A stretch of DNA of 64,000 nucleotides from Prorocentrum cordatum (taxonomy: Eukaryota), in NCBI GenBank assembly GCA_963575745.1, contig CAUYUJ010000314.1, positions 124,001 to 188,000 on the forward strand, given 5' to 3'. A program made the translations under genes and the position numbers. Shown piece after piece: positions 12,701 through 24,500 of this stretch (positions are counted from its first letter, which is position 1; each line of letters begins with the position of its first letter). The notes below the pieces were generated by a model that was given only the letters and a program-made list of their open reading frames with translations, made no database searches and was not told the origin of the DNA.

Positions 12701-13219
12701 ACTCGTTTTGTTTTTCCTGGGCCGCCCTTGTAGTCTGTCGCCCGTCGTCCCCTCCCCCGCCGCATACGTGTGCCTCCACCTGGCGCTCACGGAGTCGGGG
12801 AAGAAGGTGCACGACGTGGCCAGGCAGGCGGGGCGGCCCGCCCGCTCGGCCCACGCCCTGGCGTGCGCTGGGCGCTTTTCGAATCGGACCACCAGCTCGA
12901 GGCTTGCCTCTTGCTGGTGGCGTGCGGTCCGCGCCTCCCTCCCTCCCGGGGCTGCGTTCCCCCCGCCCCGGCCCGACCGGGGCCGCATTCGCATCTTCCT
13001 GGAGTAGTTTTTTGCCCCGGTTCCTGTTTCTCGACGGCCCCTGGGGCCGAAACCGGCTCCCCCAAAATGAAAGGCAGGAGAGGCCCCGAGGGAACGCCGT
13101 CGGCGTCGCGTCGGGCCCGCCGCGCCGCCCTCGAGGGTGGGCGCCTCCCGTCCGGAGGCCGTTGAGGCCCGGGGCAGAGTGCAGGACCCAGTCCCTCTCG
13201 CTCGGGGAAGGAGAAGCGA

Positions 13220-14226
13220 CCACCACCACCACCACCACCACCACCACCACCACCACCACCACCACCACCACCACCACCACCACCACCACCAGGGGAGCCA
13301 CCTTCATCGAGAAGGTCCGCGATGCCCCTTCAAGCTGGAGGTTGGGGATGTCTCGAGCGGGGAGGTGTGGCCACACCACCAGGGGGCATCCCCTGGCTCC
13401 TCGCCCTGGTGGTGGTGGTGGTGTCGCTTTTCTTTGCTCCCACCTCGCGTCGGGACGAAAAAACACGACGGGAAGCTTTTGCACAAATTCCAGCCTCCAG
13501 GGGGCCCTTGCGGGGCCCCTGGACCGTAAGACACAAGGCGGGATGAACAGGCGGCCCCGGGAAGTCGTCCGGATATGCTGGGCCCACGTTGTGAACACAT
13601 CCCGGCGTCGAGTGTTTTGCGAGGTGGAGGAGGGGGATGAGGAAGAGGGATAGGAGGAGGAGGAGGAGGAGGAGGAGGAGGAGGAGGACGAGGAGCAGGC
13701 GGAGATGGAGGAAGAGGAGGAGGAAGAAGAGAGGGAGGAAGAGGAAAAGGAGGAGGAGGAGGAGGAGGAGGAGGGAGGCGGGAGGAGGAGGGATATGAGG
13801 GGGAGGGAGGATGATGATGAGGATGAGTAGGAGAAGGAGGATGATGAAGATGAGGAGGAGGAGGACAAGGAAGAGGAGGAGGAGGAGGAGGAGGAGGAGG
13901 AGGAGGAGGGAGGAGGGGGAAAAGGAGGAGAGGGGGAGGAGGGGGGGGATAATATGGAGGAGGACGGGAGTGGAGAGGAGGGAGGAGGAGGAGGAACAGG
14001 AGGACGAGGAGGACGAGGAGGAGGAGGCGGAGGAGGAGAAGGAGGAGGACGACGACGAGTCGGAGGATGCGGAAGGGGAGAGGGGGGGGGGAGGAAAGAG
14101 GGGGAGGAGGAGGGGGGGAGGGGGAGGAGGGGAAGGAAAAGGACGGGGGGAGGAGGGGAAGGAGAAGGAGGGGGAGGAGAAGGAGGAGGAGGGGGAGGAG
14201 GAGGAGGAGGAGGGGGAGGAGGACAA

Positions 14227-14257
<31 letters not shown>

Positions 14258-14352
14258 GAGGAGGAGGGGGAGGGGGGAGGGAAGGAGGGGGAGGGGGAGG
14301 AGGGGGCGGAGAGGCAGGAGGAGGCAGAGGGGGAGGAGGAGGACGGGGAGGA
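13220..14352. repeat. (CAC)n run at 13220-13290 and purine-rich (GGA)n tract at 13620-14352
   Basis: Directly visible. Confidence 0.95.
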
Positions 14353-14397
14353 GGTCGGTTTTCTGGGCTAACGCCACATACTTGGACCTGTGCCTGG

Positions 14398-14815
14398 TCA
14401 TACCGTGTTCGGAGCTGTTCCGTGGCCACGGCTAGAACCTAAGCGCGCGCGAAGCGCGCGCGTGGTTCTAGTGTCATCTATGGCAGTCACGTGGTCCATG
14501 GCCGCCTTGAGAATCTCACCTAATTCATCGTTGAACTCGTCCGTGACCCGCGCCTGGCACTGGGAAAAAAAACCTAATCCTCCTCTCCCTCCTCCTCGTC
14601 CTCCCCTCCCCCTCATCCCCCCCTCCTCCTCCTCCGGCGAGGAGGAGGAGGACGGCGGGTGCGGGAAGGGTTGGTTAAACTGTGATGGGGGAGGGGATGG
14701 TTCTTGATGAGAGAGAGTGTGTGTAGCGTATGAGGTAGTAGTAGAATTAGTAGTAGTGGTAGTAGCAGTAGTAGTAGTAGCAGTCGTAGTAGCAGCAGTA
14801 GTGGTAGTAGCAGTC

Positions 14816-14901
<86 letters not shown>

Positions 14902-17900
14902 CGCAGTAGTCGTAGTAGTAGCAGTAGTAGTAGTAATAGTACTAGTACTAGTAGGTTGTATCAGAGAGCTGGGGAATAGTAGAAGGAAGGGACGCTGCTT
15001 TAGCAGCTCTGGAACCTCTGAGACAAAAACTGTTGTGGGACGCAAGTATGGGAAGGAGGTGCAGGAGAGACGCGATGCCCAGAAAACATAGCATAGCAGA
15101 GCGTAGCAGAGCAACACATAGCATGGCATAGCACAGCGTAACATAGCACATCATGGCACTGCATAACATATCATTGCATAACGTAGCATAGCATAAACTA
15201 GCAGAACATCGCATTGCAGTGCATTCGCATTGCCATTAGCATTAGCATAGCATAGCATAGCACAGTACATCATAGCACAACACCTCCTAACAAAGCGCAG
15301 CATAGCATTAGCGTAGCACATCATAACACATCATACCATACCATAATGGATAGCATTGCAGCTGAATCAAACCCTTAACAATGCAGCAACACAACATGGG
15401 ATAGCATACCAAAACATAGATACGGTATCGAATACATAGCATAGCATGCACAGCATTGCACAGCCATCCTCCTCTCGTCGTCCTCCTCCTCCTCGCTCAA
15501 TCTGTTCCTTACCATCACGCTGATCAGTTTATCGGCCATCCAGTTGACCATCCTCCCGCTCCATCCTCATCCATCCTCATCCTCATCGTCCCTTTCTCCT
15601 CCTCCTCCTCCTCCTTCTCCATCCTGTCCCTCCTTCCCCTCCCCTCCTCCTCCTCCCTCATCCTCGTTGTGTTTTCATCTCGTCACCCTCAAAGCCTTGA
15701 CGTAGTCCTCGGGGACGAGACTCACCAGCTGGGCAACCTTTTCCCAGTAGTCATTCAGCAGCGGCTTCGAGAGGTCGAGGGTCTTGAACTCACTGAGGGT
15801 CTGCATGGCCTGCTGGAGCAACATCTCGTGCTCGAAGACCGCACCAACCTCGATCGCCGTCTGCTCGTGTGTCTTGAGCTCTGCCTCCCTGCCAGGGAAG
15901 CACGCCTTCATGGTCAGAACTGCCCTCAGGATGGCGTCGGCCATCGCCTTCTGCTTCGCGGGGGCTTCTCCAGCCTTAGAAATCAACTTATGCATATCTC
16001 CGGAATTGAATGCCGCAACCAACCAATCCTCGATGGACGACGCGTATGGGAGCCACACGCTGGTATCAAGGTCGTTCTTCATATCCTCCAGCTCCTTCAA
16101 CACCTCATAGGGGTCGCTAGTAGTGTTGGCCTCGCCTTTGACGATCTCTTTCGTGCGGAGGTGAATGACGTCGCCCCACTTCTCGAGGCCGTCCATGTTG
16201 TCCACGAACTTCTTGTACTGGGACTGGTACCAAACGTTGCTCTGCAAAGCGTTGTAGACGAGTCCGGACATGCTGTGCTTGCCTCCTTTCTTCTTGGCGT
16301 TCTCCACCAGACGGGAAACAGATGTCTTGCCAACGACCTGGATGTGGTCTATGATGCAGCACATCGCCTTCATGATCGTGAGGCACGTGCTGAACACCTC
16401 GTCGACCTCGGGGCTGATGGTAATCTCGGAATCGTCTATCTTGCCATCGAGCCACTTGATGGCGAACAGGGCAAACCTCTGTGCAACATCCTTCTTCTCT
16501 TCGCCCGCTTCGATGAGCTGGAGGAGGTAGCGAAGAACCAGCTTGTCGGCGAACATCTTCGCCTTATCCTCTTGGCTCATGGCGATGCCGCTGAGAGACG
16601 GCACCTCGGGGTTGAAGGTAGTCTCAATGTCCGTACCGCTCAGCGGGTTCATCATGTTAAAGAACTGCTCAATATTCATGTCTGGGTGCGCCAGGATGTC
16701 GGTCACAGATCGTTCGAGGATGCTTCTCTGCAACTGCTCTGGGAGTTCCACGTCGCGCAGCTTCTTGATGCAACTGTCCAGCTCCTTGCGAGAGACGGTC
16801 GCGATCTGCATTTCCTTCAACTTCACGGCCGCCTGGTACTGGTCCTCATGGTCAGTCCAGATCTTCAACTCGACGGTGGCGCCCATGGCCTTGAGCTTCT
16901 GCTTGAGCACGTCGGCCCCGCCCATCGAGCGCCCAGTGCTGCTTTGCAGGCATTCGCTGATGCTAGTCTTGGCCATCTTGGCATTCACGAGCAACATCGC
17001 CTCGGATTGCACTGGAGAAGGCGACGGATCAACAACACTGCCAGCGTGGGACGCAGCGTCCTGCCTCGGAGGCGTGAACGCTGTGACTGCCTCGCGGACG
17101 GTGGAGGCTGGGCGCTTGCCTCTCCCTCCGCCCTTAGCAGTCTTAGCAGCTCTCTTTGGTGCTGCGCTCGAGGCTGTCGCCAGCAGCGGCACAGCTGTCC
17201 GCTGGCATCCATCGAGAGACTTCTCACCATCGCTCACCTCAGCAGCTTCATCCTGGGACTCGTCCTCTGGAGCCTTCAGCTTCGCCTTCTCCTGGATCTC
17301 GCTCACGCTGGACGCGTTGTTGTAGGGGGTGACGTCCATGAACTCGTCCAGCTTGACCTTAGTGAAGATGGTCTGCGCCTGCGATGCGTGCAACTGGTTG
17401 TTCGCCATCTGCTTGTACTGCTGCCGATGCTTGTACGTCGTCGTGAAGAGCTCGTAGATGACGTCGGCATCGGCCTCATCCTCCACGACCACGCCCTTGT
17501 ACTTCCCTCCCTTGCCGTCGTCGAGGTCCCTGATCACCTTCCCGCACTGCTGGGGTGTCTTGTTGAATACCTCCTTGAAGCGTTTGACCGTGAGACCCCT
17601 GACCCGCTTGATGACCCTAACGCCTGAGACGACGTCGAGGGACACTTCCTCCTGAAAGAAATTCTTCTCCTCGAGGCCCAGCTTCACGCGCAAGGCGGCC
17701 TCGACCTGCTTGTTGAACTCTGGATCGCTCTTGATCGCCTCCTTGAACTCGGCCAGCGCCATCCAGCCGAAGCCGAGGGCGTGCACGTTGAGGTGATTCT
17801 GGCACAGCTCGGTGTTGCCTGCAGTAGCCTTGCCACAACTCCCATTGTTGGCCATGCAGGTGATTGGCCGCTCCACAGCAGCTGCAACTCCTCCGCCCCT

Positions 17901-17966
17901 GCCCTTCTTCGCGGGACGAACGCTGTCGGGCTCGTCCCCGCCTGCGGTGCTCTTCCTGGACGACAT
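14398..17966 (-). CDS. Protein of unknown function, ~808 aa; predicted exons 17966-15696 and 14553-14398
   Basis: 757-codon open exon with strong GC3 bias, N-terminal basic patch (PAKKGR), C-x6-C-x10-C-x2-H motif and helical C-terminal half. Putative GC-AG intron 15695-14554 (AAG|GC ... T-tract CCCAGTGCCAG|GCG) gives in-frame YVK|ARVTDEFNDELGEILK. Exon 1 is solid; exon 2 is less certain. Confidence 0.8.
14432..14471 (+). mobile_element. Helitron-type 3' terminus or mini palindromic insertion
   Basis: GCGCGCGC-GAA-GCGCGCGC hairpin (14443-14461), 6 nt, CTAG (14468-14471), then T. The whole unit is bounded by CTAGAACC...GGTTCTAG. Confidence 0.55.
14730..15460. repeat. (GTA)n microsatellite (14730-14955) and degenerate (CATAG)n pentamer tract (15087-15460)
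   Basis: Directly visible; both lie inside the predicted intron. Confidence 0.92.
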
Positions 17967-18309
17967 GGGCCAGGGTCTCGCCCTGCAGCTGGTGTGCACT
18001 GGCGACCTGGGAGAAATGAGGACTCAGCCAAAACAGCTGCAGCAGATATGGCTCTGGAACCCCGAACGTCGCAGACGATGCCTTCAGGAAATCAGGAGCA
18101 ATCTTCAAACCAGCGCCCCAGGTAACCACATCTGATCCAACGAGGTCCGCGCTCTCGAGCCGGACGTTCGGGAAGAGAACGCACCAGGGGCACAAGCTGG
18201 AAGGGCATTCTCTCATCGGCATTTGCCGTTCAACATCGAAATATGTCATGTCGGAAATCTTACTGTAGGTACATTCCTGTGTTCTGGTGTGTTTATTGTT
18301 GTTGCTTGC

Positions 18310-18320
18310 TGTCGTCGTCG

Positions 18321-18372
<52 letters not shown>

Positions 18373-18566
18373 CGGCGTCGTCGAAGTTCCTCGTAGTCGG
18401 CGTCGTCGGATGTCCTCGGCACCGCCCAAAGGGCTTTCGGTTGGGCTGCCTATGGGGCCACGAAATTTGTGAGAGGCGTGCCAGAACGCCTCCGCCCGTT
18501 CGTCTTTCAGACGGCCGAAGGCCGAGAGCTGTACGATTGCATTCCAGTAGGGGATCTCATCGTCGT

Positions 18567-18598
<32 letters not shown>

Positions 18599-19190
18599 AA
18601 GACGACGACGAACTTCGACGACGACGAACTTCGACGACGACGAACTACGACGATGACGAACTTCGACGACGACGAACTTCGACGACGAGGAACTTCGACG
18701 GCTTCGACGACGACGACGACGACGACGAGGACGACGACGCCGACGATGACGACGACGACGACGACGACGGTGACGACGTCGACAGCGACGACGACGCCGA
18801 AGCCAACGACGACGACGAACACGACGACGACGATGACGACGACGACGCAGACGACCCGACGACGACGACGACAACGACGACGACGATCACGACGACGACG
18901 ACGACGACAACGCCGACGACGACGACGACAACGCCGACGACGACGACGACGATGGTGATGGTGATGGTGATGGTGATGGTGATGGTGAGGATGGTGAGGA
19001 TGGTGATGATGGTGGTGATGGAGGTGATGATGGTGATGATGCCGATCGTTGGGATAGCGTGGGAGGCCTCTCGGGGGCCTGTTGGGGGCAGTTTGCACGC
19101 CTCTTGGGGCCCGTCTGGGAGCCTCGTCTTGGGGGCCTCTTGGGGGCCTCTTGAGGGGCCTCTTGGGGCTTCGACGACGACGACGACGAA
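18310..19190. repeat. (GTC)n/(GAC)n/(GATGGT)n compound microsatellites, including GACGACGAACTTC units
   Basis: Directly visible. Confidence 0.92.
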
Positions 19191-19471
19191 ACACGTTTCA
19201 GCACACAGTAAAGTCAGTCCGAGCCGTGTGTGAACGCTGACGGCGGACGCTCGCAAAGTATGCGATGCAATGCTGAGTGAGGGGGTGTAGGAAGGTGGAA
19301 TAGGTAAGTTGAGTAGGGAGGAGGAGGAGGAATAAGGAAGCGACTACTCCATGATCGAATTAAAATATTGCGCCGCCTGGCGCATCATCAGTATAATGAT
19401 TGCCCCCCTCAACGCCCCCTCGACCCTGCATTGCCGACGTTAGGAGTAGGTCGCATCAATCGATCGGCTGC

Positions 19472-20308
19472 TTACCCTAACGTGTGTGGGCAAGAGTCCT
19501 CAGGAAAGCACGACGCTAAGTCGCCCAACGATTCGCGCAAGGTGCAGTCCTCACGCCCGTCGAAGAGTTCAGGCTGGGTGAAGACTGGGTCGCCGAGCGA
19601 GTCAGGCTGGGTCATGATGGGCGCCCTGTGGGCGCTGCTGCTGCTAGAAGAGCCCGCCGCGACTTCTGCGCGACACTCTGGGAGCGCCGCTGCTGAACTC
19701 TCGAAGCGCCCATGCACCTTGTTATCCAAAACAACATCGAGATCTGGCTGAGATTCCTCGATAAGGGTGGGTGCTGAATCCGCAGCCTGGGGATGATGCA
19801 GGTGCTGCGTGACCTCTGCAGGCAAATGCGGCGGCGTGGCCGTGGCCTGCACAGGCAAAACAGGCGGCGGCTCCACACGCAAAGGCGGTGTAAACTGCTT
19901 AGGCCGCGGCGCCAGTGACGGCTGCTGTGCATCAGGGTGCAGGCGCTGGCTGAGGGACGGCTCGCCTAACTTCAGCGACGGATCTACCAACTGCGCGCCT
20001 AAGATCTCAACGTCACTGGATGCCTCTGCCTGGGCCTCGCCCTCTGCCTTGATTCTCTTCTTTGGCGGTGCCTGATCCTTGTCACCCTGGTGTTCTCGGG
20101 GATCGATCCGCTGCTGATCATCATTTGTCAGGGCACTCCTTGCCACAATCTCTAATTCAGCTGGTATGCGGACCCTCAAACGCCCCTCCAACTCCTTAGG
20201 CAAATTCGTCACGATGGCAGTGATCCTCAGAGTGTTCGCCCTGATTTTGTGGAGAGCTGCTGGGGGCGGCTCTGGCTCTGGCAATGCTCCATGCGGTGGC
20301 TGCGACAT
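19472..20308 (-). CDS. Hypothetical 278-aa protein, Pro-rich/disordered, with NLS-like PPKKRIK
   Basis: Non-repetitive ORF from ATG 20308: short ordered N-terminal segment (LHKIRANTLRITAIVTNLPKELE), PPKKRIK, acidic C-terminus. Confidence 0.5.
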   Translation of the reverse strand: MSQPPHGALPEPEPPPAALHKIRANTLRITAIVTNLPKELEGRLRVRIPAELEIVARSALTNDDQQRIDPREHQGDKDQAPPKKRIKAEGEAQAEASSDVEILGAQLVDPSLKLGEPSLSQRLHPDAQQPSLAPRPKQFTPPLRVEPPPVLPVQATATPPHLPAEVTQHLHHPQAADSAPTLIEESQPDLDVVLDNKVHGRFESSAAALPECRAEVAAGSSSSSSAHRAPIMTQPDSLGDPVFTQPELFDGREDCTLRESLGDLASCFPEDSCPHTLG

Positions 20309-20800
20309 GGGTATGAGCACGTGTGTACTCAAAAGATATGGAATTGTAGACCGAGGCTCGCGGCTCTCGTTTAAAACACGGCTTCGGAACAACTGCAGTT
20401 AATCATCGGCGACGACGACTACGCTGGCAGGACGGGAGCCCAGTGCACCAGACGAAAAAACATATCCACAAGAAAGAACGACGCCCTCTGAACTCCACAG
20501 TGCCCTGGCTATAGCTATGGCCAAAACGCGCCCCTGGAAGTGCCACGTGTCAAGTGCGCGCCGCCCCGCACGATTTAATATTGATATGCGCGCGCCGTGT
20601 GTCATGCATTGCACCGCAGATGTTGCACCACGTAGATTGTACCATAGATCATAGATTGCACGGTATATTAACGGTGAGAGGTTGCTTAACATAGATGGCA
20701 CCATATATATATATTGCACCACATATATATTGCAAGAAATCAGTGTTTGGAGCTTGGTAGCAGGTAGCAGTGAGAACGGCGACGGCGACGGCGACGACCA

Positions 20801-20844
<44 letters not shown>

Positions 20845-20949
20845 GCGACGCGACGACGACAACGTCGAGGAGTTTTCTTACTGCAATGCAATTGCACAGC
20901 TCTCGGCGTTCGGCCGTCTGAAAGACAAACGGGCGGAGGCGTTTTGGCA

Positions 20950-21577
20950 CACCCCTCACAAATTTCGTGGCACCATAGGCAGCCCAACAGAAAGCCGCAA
21001 GGGCGGTGCCCACATGCGCCATCGCCACCCATCCGGTACACCCCTCACACGTTTCGTTTCGCGGCCCCAATAGGGAAATCCACCGAAGGCCCCAAGGGCA
21101 GTGCCCGCATGTGTCCGCGCCGCCCAATCTGGTACACCCCTCACACGTTTCCGAAGGCCCCATTGGGAGCTCCACCGAAGGCCCCAGGGGCGGTGCCCAC
21201 ATGCGTCACCGCCACAAATCTCGGCACACCCCTCACACGCTCGTTGGCCCCATGGGGTGCTCCACCGAAGGCCTTGGTGGCGGTGCCCACATGGGCACCC
21301 GCCACCGTTGTCGGCATACCTCTCACACGTTTCGTGGTCCCCATGAGAGTGACACCGAAGGCCCCACTGGCGGTGCCCACATCCGTCCCCGCCACCCATC
21401 ATCTGCACACCCTTTGCACGTTTCGTGGCTTAAGTACGAGCTCCAGCGACGGCCCCAATGGCAGTGCCCACATGCGCCCGCGCCACCCAATCTGGTACAC
21501 CCCTCACACGCTTCGTGGCCCCATTGGGAGCTCCACCGCAGGCCCCAGGGACGGTGCCCACATGCGTCCCCGCCACT
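20950..21577 (+). repeat. ~91-bp tandem repeat (TTTCGTGGCCCCATTGGGAGCTCCACCGAAGGCCCC...CACACCCCTCACACG), ~7 units
   Basis: Unit starts near 20963, 21056, 21148, 21240, 21330, 21421, 21511; same core as the 76-bp array at 4375-4840. Confidence 0.9.
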
Positions 21578-21579
21578 TA

Positions 21580-24500
21580 TAAAAACCGTATGTCGCCTTC
21601 AGATTCCAATCGGTCACCATGAAGGGTTAACTTTAGTTTCCAAGCCAACATGGCGATCTCTCGGTTGTGGAAATGGCGCCAGGCCACTGTAACAACCCAG
21701 CGACATCGCATGTTAACTTCTGAACCCAATCGTTTACCATAAAGGGTTCATTTTAGTTTCCATGCCAACATGGCGGCTCTCGGTTGTGGAAATGGCGCCA
21801 GGCCGTTGTGAACATTCAACGACATCGTGTGTTAACTTCAGAATACGATCTGCCACAATTAAGGGTTAACTTTAGTTTCCAAGCCAGCATGGCGACTTCT
21901 CGGTTGTGGAGATGGCGCCAGGCCATTGTGAAAATGCAACGACATCGTACGTTAACTTCAGAACCCAATCGTTCACCATAAAGGTTTCATGTGTGTCCCC
22001 AGGCCAACGTGACGAATTCTCGGCTGTGGAATCGGTGCGAGGCCATGGTGTATATCAAATGAACTTGTAGGTCCACGTCAGAACCCAATCGGTCACCATT
22101 AAGGCTTCAATTTAGGTCCCAGGCCAGAATGGCGACTTCACGGCTGTGGGAAATGGCGCCAGGTCATTGGGAACATCAAGTGAAATCGTATGTTATTTTG
22201 AGAATCCAATCGGTCACCATCAAGGGTTCACTTTAGTTCCCAGGCCAACATGGCGACTTCTCGGTTGTGGAACTGGCGCCAGGACATTTCGAAAACCATC
22301 GGAAGTCGTATGTGAACTTCAGAACCCACTCGGTCACCATTAAATAATCATTGTAATCCCCATGCAAACATGGCGAGTTCTTGGTTGTGGAAATGGCGCC
22401 AGGCAGTTGTGAAAACCCAACGCTAGCGTATGCCAACTTCAGAATCCAGTCGGCCACCATTAAGGGTTCACTTTAGTTTCCAGGCCATCCTGACGAATTC
22501 ACGGTTGTGGAAATGGCGCCAGGCCATTGTGCAAATCCAATGACATCGCATGCTAACTTAAAAGGCCCCATTGGTCACCATTAAGTGATCATTTTATTTT
22601 CCAGGCGCCCATGGCGAGTTCTTGGTTGCGGGAGTGACGCCAGACCATTGTGAAACCATGCGAAGTCGCACGTTAAATTCATAACCCAATCGGTCGCCAT
22701 TAAGGGGTCACCTTAGTTCCCAGGCCAGCATGCCGACTTCTCGGTTGTGGAAATGGCACCAGGCCGTTGTGAAAACCCAATGCAATAATATGTCAGCTTC
22801 AGAACCCCATCGGTCACCATTCAGAGTTCACTTCGGTTCCCAGGCCAACACGGCGACTTCTCGGTTGTGGAAACGGTGCCAGGCCATTGTGAACATTAAA
22901 AGAAACCGGATGTTTACTTCAGAACCCAATCGGTCACCATGAAGGGCCCACTTTAGTTCCCAAGCCAGCATGGCGATATTCTTGTTGCGGGAATGAAACC
23001 AGGCCATTGTGAACGCCAGATGGTTCCGCACGCGAGCTGTGATGATCCAATCGGCCACCATGAAGATGTTTAGTTCCCAGGCCAACATGGTGACTTCTAG
23101 GTTTGTGGAATGGCGCCACGCCCATGTGAAAATCCAGCAACAAGGTATGTGAACTTCAGAATCCAGCGGGTCACACTTTAAGGCCCACTTTAGTTGCCAG
23201 GCCAACATGGAGACTTCTCGGTTGGGGAAATGGCCCCAGGTCATTTTGAAATTCAGATGAATTCGCATATTAACTTCAGAACCCAAGCGGTCGCCATGTA
23301 GGGTTCACTTTAGTATCCAGGCCAACGTGGCGACTTATCGGTTGTGGAAATGGCGCCAGACCGCTATGGAAATCCAATGGAATTCGCATGGTCACTTCAG
23401 AATTCAGTCGGTGACCAGTAAGGCTGCAAGTTTAGTTCCCAGGCCAGAATGGCGACTTCACGGTTGTGGGAAATGGCGCCAGGCCATGGAGAACATCAAA
23501 TGAAACCGCATGTTCACTTCAGAACCCAATCGGTCAACATTAAGGGTTCACTTTAGTTTTCAGGCCATCATGGCGAATTCTCTGTTGTAGAAATGGCGCC
23601 AGGCCATTGTAACCACCCTTCGGCGTCGCATGTTAACTTCGCAACCCAATCGGTCACCATTGCGGGTCCACTTCAGTTCCCAGGCCAACGCGACGACTTT
23701 TCAGTTGTGGAAACGGCGCCAGGCCATCGCGCACATCCAATGGAATCGTATGTTAACTTCGGATCCCAATCGGTCGCCATGCAGGGTTCAACTTTAGCCT
23801 CCAGTCCAGCATTGCGACTTCGTGATTCTGGAAATTGCGCCCAGCCATTGCGAAAATCATACGAAATCGTATGTTAACTTTAGTACCAAATCGGCCATCA
23901 TTAAGGATTCATTTTAGTTCCCAAGCCAACATGGCGACTTCTCGGTTGTTGGACAGGCGACAGGCCACTGTGCAAGCCACGTGCATTCGTGTGTTACTTC
24001 GGAAACACATCGGTCATCATTAAGGGCCCACGTTATTTCCCAGGCCGACATGGCGACTTCTCGGTTGTGGACATGAACCCAGGCCATTTGTGAACACCCG
24101 ATGAAATCGTATGTTAACTTCATGACCCAGTCGGTCACCGCCAAAGGGTTCACTTTAGCTTCCATACCAAGATGGCGACTTCTCGGTTGTGGAAATGGCG
24201 CCAGGCCGCTGTGAAAATCAAATGAAGTCGTATGTTAACCTCGGGATCCAATCTGCCATCTTGAAGGTTTCACCTTAGTTCCCAGGCCAGCATGGCGACT
24301 TCTCGGTTGTCGAAATTGCGCCAGGCCGTTCTGAAAACACAATGGCATCGTATGCGGACGTCCGAAACCAATCGGTCACCATGATGGGTTCGCTTTAATG
24401 CCCAAGCCAACATGGCGACTTCTCGGTTGTGGAAATGGCGCCAGGCCATTGTGAAGGCCCAATGGAACCGCATGTTACCCGGTAACTTCAGATTCTGATC

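Larger units (their letters stand above)
6337..12720 (+). mobile_element. Non-LTR retrotransposon (LINE) with APE, RT and RNase H; near full length
   Basis: Two-ORF organisation with all ORF2 domains in one frame. Exact termini, TSD and poly-A were not identified. Confidence 0.92.

Noticed and set aside
12579..14442. Pro/Ser/Glu-rich ORFs
   Set aside because: Arise from (GGA)n and (CAC)n tracts
15456..17627. 723-aa plus-strand ORF
   Set aside because: Antisense shadow of the GC3-biased minus-strand gene
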